A stretch of DNA of 64,000 nucleotides from Bacteroidota bacterium (lineage in GTDB: Bacteria > Bacteroidota > Bacteroidia > Bacteroidales > FEN-979): assembly GCA_026391795.1 (NCBI GenBank), contig JAPLDI010000033.1, forward strand, positions 1,598 to 65,597, in the 5' to 3' direction. Shown here one piece after another: positions 55,257 through 62,989 of the stretch; the first letter of the stretch is position 1, and every line of letters begins with the position of its first letter. The notes below the pieces were generated by a model. It saw only the letters and a program-made list of their open reading frames with translations, was not told where the DNA came from and ran no database searches. The position numbers were made by a program, and so were the translations under genes.

Positions 55257-55336
55257 AGGTATTGGGTATTAGGTTTTAGGTATTGGATTTTTAGGTATTG
55301 GGTATCTGGAATTTTCTCTGCGTCTCTGCGTCTCTG
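55257..55336. repeat. 7-nt tract (AGGTATT/GGGTATT) x7, then (TCTCTGCG) x3
   Basis: 55257-55306 heptamers (one 8-nt unit). 55315-55336 octamers. Confidence 0.8.
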
Positions 55337-55453
55337 CATTGAAAAAAATGTAACAAAGTCACAAATTGACAAGGAGTTAGAAATCATACTTTTCAATATA
55401 CCATTCCTTCATTTCATAATTTTCAAAAGGATATCCTGAGATGATTTGATCAT

Positions 55454-55543
55454 GTTTTCTTCAGGTTTCTTCATGTTTGCTTCGGGATTCGTTTCAGCTT
55501 CCTTTCAGCTCCTCTTCAGCTCCTCTTCAGGTCGCTTTCAGGG
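55454..55543. repeat. 10-13-nt periodic tract ending in TTCA (includes GCTCCTCTTCA x2)
   Basis: GTTTTCTTCA GGTTTCTTCA ... GCTCCTCTTCA GCTCCTCTTCA GGTCGCTTTCA. Confidence 0.7.
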
Positions 55544-55632
55544 TGGAATGAAAAAAACAGTCCATTTCTGATGCTATCATGGAGCTATTCTGGAGCTAGC
55601 CTGAAGCTAAGCCGTAGGAAGGCTAACCAGAA

Positions 55633-55712
55633 GCTGGTAAGCTGGTAAGCTGGTGAGCTGATGAGCTGATGAGCTGATGAGCTGATGAGCTGAGGTGATG
55701 GTGAGATGGTGA
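55633..55712. repeat. 8-nt tract: (GCTGGTAA)x2, GCTGGTGA, (GCTGATGA)x4, GCTGAGGT, (GATGGTGA)x2
   Basis: Strict 8-nt phase over 80 nt. Confidence 0.85.
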
Positions 55713-55818
55713 GTCAGAGTAGGGATGGTTATAGATAAGGTACGGGAAGGATCAAAGGAGAATGGATGTGACTTGTCCTGAATTCCGAATTCGGAGTGAG
55801 GTATCATCTAACTACTGT

Positions 55819-55839
55819 TCTCTGATCTCTGACCTCTGT
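55819..55839. repeat. 7-nt tract TCTCTGA TCTCTGA CCTCTGT
   Basis: Read directly from the sequence. 11 nt from the PAP2 stop at 55850. Confidence 0.65.
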
Positions 55840-55849
55840 TAACAGCCTC

Positions 55850-56779
55850 TCAATCCAGCTGGTAAACCAGCATGACGCCTGTTCCGACATGGCTGATGGG
55901 AAGGACCTTTAACTTTTTAATGTGGTTGTTCATGATGGTCCTCCCGATGGCAAAACCAATTGCCGACCCGATAAAAACATCCGAAAACCAGTGGTCATTC
56001 TGATAGACCCGTGAAGCAGCAACGAGCCCGGCGAAGGTATAACAGAGAACCGGCACCCAGACAGTCTTGCTATAGGCAGTGGCAATGACCGTTGCCACTG
56101 CGAATGCATTTGCGGCATGTCCCGATGCAAATGAGCTGTTGCTTGGCATGTTGAACGGGCCTTCCCAGATGTAAGGATTGGGAGGATCATCCTGGTAGGG
56201 GCGGTGACGGTGGGTAAGCTGTTTCAGAACCTGGTCAAAAACGAAAGCCAGGGCGAAGGCTTCAACCCCCTTCAGGGCGGTATACCGTGCTTTATCATTT
56301 TTTACAATTGCCCCGATGCCGTACATGATTCCCAGTGCAGGAATCGTGTAGAGACCGCTGCCCAGTCGCTCCAGCCCGTATTTCGCAATGCTGTTCATGT
56401 ATGGAGTCTGGTTGAGTTGGACTACTTTCTGGATGGTTTTATCCTGGGTATAGAACACAACTCCCAAAGCGATTACTCCTGAAACTGCGATCCACTGGTA
56501 TTTGTTCCAGCGGGCTGGTGAAATGATGATATCCCTCGAATCCGTAAGATAGGATTTGAAATAACCTTTATCGGGAACAATGGACGGGGTTCGCTCATCA
56601 TGGGGAATGCTGCTCAGCGGCTTGGCCGGGATTGAGTCATCCGTGGCTATCGCCTTCAGCTTACTCGCTGGGATTGTATCGACCTGGGCCAGCGCGCTGA
56701 ATTGAGCGATCATCAACATGCAGGCAAGAAACAACGTCCGATTTTTCAGTAAAATCCTCATGAATGCTCCTTCAGTCAA
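55850..56779 (-). CDS. PAP2-family phosphatase
   Basis: KQLTHRHRP (KxxxxxxRP), SFASGHAANAF (PSGH-like), SRVYQNDHWFSDV (SRxxxxxHxxxD). An alternative ATG lies at 56761. Confidence 0.85.
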   Translation of the reverse strand: MTEGAFMRILLKNRTLFLACMLMIAQFSALAQVDTIPASKLKAIATDDSIPAKPLSSIPHDERTPSIVPDKGYFKSYLTDSRDIIISPARWNKYQWIAVSGVIALGVVFYTQDKTIQKVVQLNQTPYMNSIAKYGLERLGSGLYTIPALGIMYGIGAIVKNDKARYTALKGVEAFALAFVFDQVLKQLTHRHRPYQDDPPNPYIWEGPFNMPSNSSFASGHAANAFAVATVIATAYSKTVWVPVLCYTFAGLVAASRVYQNDHWFSDVFIGSAIGFAIGRTIMNNHIKKLKVLPISHVGTGVMLVYQLD

Positions 56780-56797
56780 ATGGAATGGATTTTATTG

Positions 56798-56992
56798 TCA
56801 GGATTCGTCTTTTGTCGTGCGTATCAGTCCAATACCGGCTATAAAAAAGATGATTCCGAGAATGCTGAAAATAAGCAGCGCTTTAATATCGCGTGTGCCT
56901 CCTGAAAGGTTGATGAAAACCACAGCCGCATAGATAAGACCGGCGATCCCAAGAACCGTAAGCAACGCCCCGAAAATTCGTTTAACATTCAT
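56798..56992 (-). CDS. Small 2-TM membrane protein
   Basis: 64 aa with two hydrophobic helices, tightly packed in the minus-strand operon. Confidence 0.5.
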   Translation of the reverse strand: MNVKRIFGALLTVLGIAGLIYAAVVFINLSGGTRDIKALLIFSILGIIFFIAGIGLIRTTKDES

Positions 56993-57095
56993 GATGGAGA
57001 TTTTTAGGATTTGTTTTCATGTTGAAGAAAATAATGACTTTTCTTCCCTTGCTGGAAGGAAAGAAAATCACTTAAATGTTCTCCGTAATGCCTTT

Positions 57096-57281
57096 TCAGA
57101 CATGGAAATTCGTAAGATACGCGATGACGCCGAATACCTTTAGCAACCAGATAATCACAATAACAACCACCACAACATTCAGGATGGTTTTGATTTTGTG
57201 ATCCATGGGGATGTAGGTGTTTACAAGCCAAAGAATGAGGCCTGCAACAACCAGAACGATCAAAATGGTGAGTAGTGGCAT
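57096..57281 (-). CDS. Small membrane protein (Thivi_2564-like)
   Basis: MPLLTILIVLVVAGLILWLVNTYIPMDHKIKTILNVVVVVIVIIWLLKVFG: matches my recollection of this small-protein family. Confidence 0.55.
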   Translation of the reverse strand: MPLLTILIVLVVAGLILWLVNTYIPMDHKIKTILNVVVVVIVIIWLLKVFGVIAYLTNFHV

Positions 57282-57291
57282 GATAGAAGAA

Positions 57292-58758
57292 TTAAAGTGG
57301 TTTTTCTTGTTTTGTTTGATTTTCCTTATCTGCTTTAGGGGCTGGAGTGGATTGTTTTATTGGTTCCCCCGGATGCTGTGGCTGAGCCTTCTGCTGGTCA
57401 GGCTTCTGGGCCTGCTGTTGCTTGGGCGGTTGAGCATGCTGGGGTTCTTGAGGTTGTTTCTGTTGCTGCTGCTGAGGTTGCTGCTTGGGCGGTTGCTGTT
57501 GTTTCTGTTGCTGCTGTTGTGGTTGCTGCTTTGGCGGCTGTGGTTGCTGTTGTTTCTGTTGCTGCTGTTGAGGTTGCTGCTTTGGCGGCTGCTGTTGCTG
57601 TTGTTTCTGTTGCTGCTGCTGAGGTTGCTGCTTTGGCGGCTGCTGTTGCTGTGGCTTCTGTTGCTGTTGTTGAGGTTGCTGCTTTGGCGGCTGCTGTTGC
57701 TGTGGCTTCTGTTGCTGTTGTTGAGGTTGCTGCTTTGGCGGCTGCTGTTTTGCCGGAGGAGCCTGCTGCTGTTTTGCCGGAGGAGCCTGCTGTTGTTTTG
57801 CAGGAGGCATTGTTTTTTGCTGCTGAGGGGGTTGCTGTTTATTGGCTGGCTGCACCTGCTTTTCGTTTGGAGGTTGCTGCTTGGCTGGTGGTTTCTGATC
57901 AGGTTTACCCTGCTGGATATTTTTTTGTGCGGGTGCCGGCGATCGCTGTGCCGGTGGTTTAACGTCTTTCATGTCAGCCACTTTTACCGGAGCAGGTTTT
58001 TGTCCGCTGGAAACATTTTTTACTACGCTGGGTTTGTATATCTGCAGTTGGTTATTATTCAGTTTCTCACCTGGCTTGCTGGTCGCCTGAATCGGAATGG
58101 CTGTTACCTGCCTGCCACTTACTTTGACAACTTCTGCCCTGTCGGGGCCGGCATTGTAGGTAACGTTATGGGACCTGTCAACCCGGGTATTATTTATTAC
58201 CGTTGAATTGTTAATGATCGTAACGTTGGTTGAGTGATCTACATAGTAGTTATTGATGTCCCGTCGTCCGAAGTCCCTGTTCCTGACAAACGTCCAGCGA
58301 TCAAAAGGAACATCGTATCCGTTGCTGTATGCCATGCTTATGCTGACGCCCGGTCCGATGGGTGCCCATCCGTAATAATCACCGGATCTTCTCCAGGTAA
58401 CCCATCCCGGTCCCCATTCATTGTCGGGCACCCAGATAGGGCCATAGTATGGGTCGGTGTACCATCGTCCATAATGAAAAGGAGCCCATCCCCATGAATA
58501 ATTTGATACCCAGGTCCAACCCTGATCGGTGAATACCCAGTATCCGTTCGTTGAGTAAGGCGTAAATCCGGGAGCCACGTCAGGCACCCACACATACCCG
58601 TATTGCGGGTTATCCACCCAGGTTCCATAGGGGCTCAACTGATCATAAAACACCTGGAAATTTACAGATCCGCCCTGTGCGGAAGCTTTTTGCGGGGTCA
58701 TCCCTGCGCCTATACAAAAAATGAGAGCAAGGGTAATAATTTTCATTCGGGTCTTCAT
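57292..58758 (-). CDS. Secreted W/Y/G-rich (YxWGW-type) domain protein with a long Q/P/K low-complexity tandem-repeat tail
   Basis: Signal peptide. N-terminal YGYVWVPDV...SWGWAPFHYGRWY...YYGWAPIGPG. C-terminal about 6 x 17-aa PPKQQPQQQQQK(P/Q)QQQQ repeats. Confidence 0.7.
   Translation of the reverse strand: MKTRMKIITLALIFCIGAGMTPQKASAQGGSVNFQVFYDQLSPYGTWVDNPQYGYVWVPDVAPGFTPYSTNGYWVFTDQGWTWVSNYSWGWAPFHYGRWYTDPYYGPIWVPDNEWGPGWVTWRRSGDYYGWAPIGPGVSISMAYSNGYDVPFDRWTFVRNRDFGRRDINNYYVDHSTNVTIINNSTVINNTRVDRSHNVTYNAGPDRAEVVKVSGRQVTAIPIQATSKPGEKLNNNQLQIYKPSVVKNVSSGQKPAPVKVADMKDVKPPAQRSPAPAQKNIQQGKPDQKPPAKQQPPNEKQVQPANKQQPPQQQKTMPPAKQQQAPPAKQQQAPPAKQQPPKQQPQQQQQKPQQQQPPKQQPQQQQQKPQQQQPPKQQPQQQQQKQQQQQPPKQQPQQQQQKQQQPQPPKQQPQQQQQKQQQPPKQQPQQQQQKQPQEPQHAQPPKQQQAQKPDQQKAQPQHPGEPIKQSTPAPKADKENQTKQEKPL
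57448..57812 (-). repeat. Coding tandem repeats (about 6 x 51 nt, then about 3 x 24 nt) in the Q/P-rich tail
   Basis: Plus-strand unit TTGAGGTTGCTGCTTTGGCGGCTGCTGTTGCTGTGGCTTCTGTTGCTGTTG is duplicated exactly (about 57670-57771). The GCTGTTTTGCCGGAGGAGCCTGCT unit follows. Confidence 0.8.
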
Positions 58759-58773
58759 AAAAATAGTTTTTAT

Positions 58774-58861
58774 GTGATTGAATAATCACCTTACAAAGGT
58801 GCATCCCAACAGAGATTTACGTGTTACATAACAATTGAAATAAGTTACATCATTCACACAT
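58774..58861 (-). promoter_or_regulatory. Composite GTAAC-type promoter (j), upstream of the W/Y/G-rich protein / small membrane proteins / PAP2 operon
   Basis: Minus strand. Distal box = complement of 58844-58861. Proximal GTAAC = complement of 58823-58827. TTTG = complement of 58794-58797. GTGAT-N6-ATCAC 58774-58789. Confidence 0.75.
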
Positions 58862-58898
58862 TTGAAAAATCAGGCTGGATACGGAAAACCGTTGACAC

Positions 58899-61292
58899 CT
58901 ATTTCATTCCCTGAAGTGCAACTTTGTTTTGCTTTCGTTCCTTCTTATACTTTTGTCTCGGACCTTCGTCATTTAATTCATTCATTTTCCGGTATGCCTT
59001 GACCAGGGACTCCGGAAGGTCGCCTTTGTAGGTTATTTTGTAAAATGAGAATCCGTTGTAGGGAACGTCGTTTTTACTGGAATACATATGTACACGATTT
59101 TGCACCCCTTTCAGCTTAAATTGCAGCATAAAAGTGTTTTCCCTTTCCGTATCCAGCAGTTTGAATTTTGCATCAACAACAGCCGGGCCTACCAGCCTGC
59201 TGCATTTATCCTGTAAGGTAAACAGAAGAGTATCGGTCACCATTTTGTTTAAATAGTGCACAAACAGGAGATCCTTGACCGACATTTTGGTAATCCGGAT
59301 GGAATCACTTTCGGTTACTGCAGATAAATTCATCTTTTCAGTGGAAGCGAAATATTTTTTCCTTGCTTCAAAAAACAGGATCTGTTCCTTTTCTTTGTCT
59401 GCATAAATCGCCGGATGTACGGCAATCGAAGCTCCCTGATCCTTTTCGAGGAAATCAACCAGCGTGAGAACAAATTTCTCCTGTTCGGGGGTAAGGGAAC
59501 GCTGCCGCATCTTCCAGGTCAGGGAGAACGATTGCTCGATCTCGGTTTCCATGTCTCTGACCTCCATCCGGTATGGTCCTGTTGCAGGCTTTACGAAGAT
59601 ATTGGTCAGCAAATCCATCAGCACATCATGAAGATGGAATTTCGGATTCTTTAAATCACCGGTAATCGGGATTTCATAATCAATAACATTGCCGCGCTCA
59701 CGCACCAGTGACATAATCAGCGGCAGGGGTATCCATTTTGAATCTTTATTTCTCAACCGTTTGGATACCCGCGGGTCAATGACCAGCAGGTGATTCACGC
59801 TTTGTATGTTTTCATCCCTCACATTCCAGATCCCGTTTACTTCCAACGTTCCCCTGTCTAAAGGGAAAGAAGTATAGGTCGTCAGGTAGGGGTTAAATAG
59901 TGAAACAGGAATTTTCAGGATATGATATTGCATGTCGAAATCCCCTTTGTTTTTTGGGTTTATGCTAAGTGTCACTACCACATTGCCGTAAGGCTTTATC
60001 CCTGATTTGAACACTGCAGTTACACGTTTCTGGTTCCGGTTGATCGAATCAGCCAGGAAATAGACAGGATCAGCCGAAACGGTGAATTTCTCACTTACGG
60101 AGAAGTCGCTGAACCTGAGATGGCCCCGGTAGATTGCCAGACGGTTAATCCGGTAGTCGCTCACAAAAAAGTTCTTAACCAGTCCTTTTATATACCTGGC
60201 AATGGTAACGATGAGGTTAAACCGTTCGGATTCTGCCCCGGCTTCGGAAAGATTGGTCCCGTTTTTCCCGAACATCATCTGCAGGTTATCGAGGGAATCA
60301 TAACGCTCATACTTGAAGTAGGGATGAACCAGTGATAAGGAATCGAAGCTGTATTTGTGATTCTTCGGGTTCAGCTGAATTATTTGAAGGACCAGCTGGT
60401 CGAAAGCAGCGTAATCATCGTCCGGTTTTTTCCCGATGTGAAATTCATTAAACGCAACAAGCCCTTTTGCATTCAGATTCTCCAGGTCTTTAAAACTCCC
60501 TGTTGCTTTGATATCTGCATCCAGGTTGGCACGAAAAGTTCCGTAATTGACCAGGTCATCCAGGTATTGTTCCAGGAACTTCAGATCGAATTTATGAATG
60601 ACAGCGGTGAGACGATAATTCACGTTCTTAAAGTTGATTGAGAAGTTCCCTTTTGCCGTACCTGTTCCGGGTCCCGAAACAAAGGAGTATTTCAGGGCAA
60701 GGGTGTCTGAATTCCAGCGCTTTCCCGTACTTTCAATATTCACTTCCCTGAGGTAGTAATTTATCGGTGTCACCAGGTCGTGGTAATGGAACTCCCCGTT
60801 TTTAAGGGTTATCTTCAGAATGCTGAAATGAACACCGGAAGGGGGTGAATATGTTTTTTTGGGAGCAAATGCGACGATCCAGTCAGAAAAATTTACTCTG
60901 TCTTTATCCTGGATAATGATCCCTTTCGGGTTGGTTACAGTGATCTCCGATATTTCAATGGTTTTCGAAAGCAGTTTAAGTAGCGACAGGTTGGCGCTCA
61001 CACCGTCTGCCGAAAAGAAAATGCTGTCGCCTTTGGGATAGCTAGGCAGTTTTCTGGATTCATAAACCACCAGGTTGCTAATATGAACATAGCCGGTAAA
61101 AGGGTTTACATACACCAACCCCATTTTTATCTGGCGTCCCGTATATTTCTCTCCGTATTTTTTTCCCAGGTATTTCCCGATCGGAGAGGCAAACAGAATG
61201 ACAACAGCAACCAACAGAAGGATGGAACCTATTGTTATCAGTATGGCTTTTTTAAATTTGGTGTCTGCGATTTTCATCTCTGATAAGATCAA
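58899..61292 (-). CDS. DUF748/AsmA-like large envelope protein
   Basis: N-terminal TM anchor, then a long beta-rich periplasmic domain. N-terminus (GRQIKMGLVYVNPFTGYVHISNL) resembles DUF748. Confidence 0.5.
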   Translation of the reverse strand: MILSEMKIADTKFKKAILITIGSILLLVAVVILFASPIGKYLGKKYGEKYTGRQIKMGLVYVNPFTGYVHISNLVVYESRKLPSYPKGDSIFFSADGVSANLSLLKLLSKTIEISEITVTNPKGIIIQDKDRVNFSDWIVAFAPKKTYSPPSGVHFSILKITLKNGEFHYHDLVTPINYYLREVNIESTGKRWNSDTLALKYSFVSGPGTGTAKGNFSINFKNVNYRLTAVIHKFDLKFLEQYLDDLVNYGTFRANLDADIKATGSFKDLENLNAKGLVAFNEFHIGKKPDDDYAAFDQLVLQIIQLNPKNHKYSFDSLSLVHPYFKYERYDSLDNLQMMFGKNGTNLSEAGAESERFNLIVTIARYIKGLVKNFFVSDYRINRLAIYRGHLRFSDFSVSEKFTVSADPVYFLADSINRNQKRVTAVFKSGIKPYGNVVVTLSINPKNKGDFDMQYHILKIPVSLFNPYLTTYTSFPLDRGTLEVNGIWNVRDENIQSVNHLLVIDPRVSKRLRNKDSKWIPLPLIMSLVRERGNVIDYEIPITGDLKNPKFHLHDVLMDLLTNIFVKPATGPYRMEVRDMETEIEQSFSLTWKMRQRSLTPEQEKFVLTLVDFLEKDQGASIAVHPAIYADKEKEQILFFEARKKYFASTEKMNLSAVTESDSIRITKMSVKDLLFVHYLNKMVTDTLLFTLQDKCSRLVGPAVVDAKFKLLDTERENTFMLQFKLKGVQNRVHMYSSKNDVPYNGFSFYKITYKGDLPESLVKAYRKMNELNDEGPRQKYKKERKQNKVALQGMK

Positions 61293-61361
61293 AAGGAAAG
61301 ATCCTGTATCCGGGAGAAATCGCCGGGTGCAGGAAGGAGCTTCCCTGTGTTTAGTAGTTCT

Positions 61362-62291
61362 TTAATTTTTCCGGCCGGGATGGTTCAGGTTTGAAAGGTT
61401 CCAGCAGAGGCTGACACCGACTGCATCGGAGGATGTTGCCAGGTTCAATGCCAGGTATTTGCTGCAGGGAACTTTATGGATGGCAGGGATCACAATCCCG
61501 AGGATTGCCCCGAGTCCAAAACCGACAGCCACGTCGGAAGGAAAATGATCCAGTGACCGGATGCGCGCATATGCGATCGCCAGGGGAGGAACCGAAGCGG
61601 CCAGGTAGAGGAGATATTTTCCGGCTCCCAGTTCTGGATGGTAATCGCAAAATACCTTGACCATGAAAAAAGTACTGTAGGAGCAGGAAGCCACGTGTCC
61701 GCTGTAAAACGAGTTGCGGTTGTTTGGATTTTCCTGGGCTTCTTTGCCCAGAGCAGGATAATATACAGCGGGCCGGTAACGGTTTTGAAAATAGGGACCC
61801 ATCGGGCTGTAGTTGTAGAATGTAAACGTAACCGTATGCCCTTCAACATACATGAAAAGCAGGCGGAGCCAATCCTTCCGGATTTTTTTATCAATCATAA
61901 GCAAACTGGGTAAGAGAAAGATCCCGATCTCGCCATAGTCGGAAACTTTCTTCCATGTAGCACGATCCGATGTCGGTTGTTTCAACGCCCACCGGTCGAC
62001 AGAGTTCAGCAGGTTTTTCTGCTGGTCCGTATTGGCAAATACCAGCTCCTCATCGGATAGGGGAGGTTTGCTTTTTAAGCGGGGAATGGCAATTAAATCT
62101 CCTGCCATCCCTACGGCTATGATAGCCCCTTCCACCCAGTAGTTGATGCGGTATACTTTTACTTTTAATGGTTTTACTGGAATTACCGGTTTTATTACGG
62201 TGTCTTTCAGGGTTACAAGAGAATCCGGGTTGCCGCAGAATGCATTAACCCAGATAAACATGCCAGCCAACAGGCAAATTGTTTTTTTCAT
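61362..62291 (-). CDS. PAP2-family phosphatase
   Basis: FYSGHVASCSYS (SGH) and RIRSLDHFPSDV (SRxxxxxHxxxD-like). Polytopic membrane protein. Confidence 0.75.
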   Translation of the reverse strand: MKKTICLLAGMFIWVNAFCGNPDSLVTLKDTVIKPVIPVKPLKVKVYRINYWVEGAIIAVGMAGDLIAIPRLKSKPPLSDEELVFANTDQQKNLLNSVDRWALKQPTSDRATWKKVSDYGEIGIFLLPSLLMIDKKIRKDWLRLLFMYVEGHTVTFTFYNYSPMGPYFQNRYRPAVYYPALGKEAQENPNNRNSFYSGHVASCSYSTFFMVKVFCDYHPELGAGKYLLYLAASVPPLAIAYARIRSLDHFPSDVAVGFGLGAILGIVIPAIHKVPCSKYLALNLATSSDAVGVSLCWNLSNLNHPGRKN

Positions 62292-62306
62292 GATTTAAAA
62301 TATTAA

Positions 62307-62840
62307 CTATTTCTTCCCTTTTCCTCCTCCGTTTCCATGATCCTCTTTTCCATTCTTGTCATGGCCCTGGGAGTTTCCTTTATCATTACCATGTCCGCTA
62401 TTATGATCACCCTGGTTTCCCTGGTGAGGTTGATTATTACCTGGATTCCCTTTGCCCGGCCGTTCGCCAACGGTTTTCTGCGCTCCGCCATGGTACCCTT
62501 TGCCATATTTCCTTTTATATTCCTTGAAATTGGAATAGGGGGCATTTCCGTGATAGCCGTTCATCACTACCTTATAGCCTCCGTAGAGATCGTAGTTCCT
62601 GTATTGCGACGGAAGATATGCCCGGTGAATCCATGCTCCGCCGCTCGAATAGATGAACATGGCCGTATGAACATCATAATAGGCTTCCACATCCGGCAGG
62701 TAATAATATTGTACTTCTGCATACCCGGCTGGTCCCCAAAGCGGGGGTGAACCAATCGATACATTTACCGAAACCTGCCCCTGCATCGTACCCGCAAAAA
62801 GCAGCACGAATCCGGTAATGAATAATCTTAAAGCCTTCAT
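62307..62840 (-). CDS. Secreted protein with a Gly/His/Asn/Lys-rich tail
   Basis: Start set at MKALRLFITGFVLLFAGTMQGQ. The ORF-track start at 62879 overlaps the -7 box of promoter (k). Tail: HGGAQ...GNQGDHNSGHGNDKGNSQGHDKNGKEDHGNGGGKGKK. Confidence 0.6.
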   Translation of the reverse strand: MKALRLFITGFVLLFAGTMQGQVSVNVSIGSPPLWGPAGYAEVQYYYLPDVEAYYDVHTAMFIYSSGGAWIHRAYLPSQYRNYDLYGGYKVVMNGYHGNAPYSNFKEYKRKYGKGYHGGAQKTVGERPGKGNPGNNQPHQGNQGDHNSGHGNDKGNSQGHDKNGKEDHGNGGGKGKK

Positions 62841-62856
62841 CTCATCTGGTTTACCT

Positions 62857-62943
62857 GTGAATGATTTTCCACGGAACAAAGGTGCGATGGCTGGTGCCCA
62901 AAAGCCTTACACAATTGAAGAAAAGAGTTACATCATTCACACT
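62857..62943 (-). promoter_or_regulatory. Composite GTAAC-type promoter (k), upstream of the G/H-rich protein / PAP2 / DUF748-like operon
   Basis: Minus strand. Distal box = complement of 62927-62943. Proximal GTAAG = complement of 62906-62910. TTTG = complement of 62877-62880. GTGGA-N6-TTCAC = complement of 62857-62872. Confidence 0.75.
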
Positions 62944-62989
62944 TTCAGGATCCCGCAATACCCTTTTCTTCATCTTTCTGGCTGTGTAA

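Noticed and set aside
55607-55807. 66-aa minus-strand ORF in the repeat-only gap.
   Set aside because: Its sequence (HQLISSSAHQLTSLPAYQLL) is simply the translation of the 8-nt repeats, so it has no independent support.
57217-58206. 329-aa Leu-rich plus-strand ORF, plus the 200-aa Ala/Val-rich ORF at 57360-57962.
   Set aside because: Both are antisense or alternate-frame translations of the CAG/CAA-rich Q/P repeat region of the minus-strand gene 57292-58758. Their composition is pure low complexity, and there is no promoter or start context.
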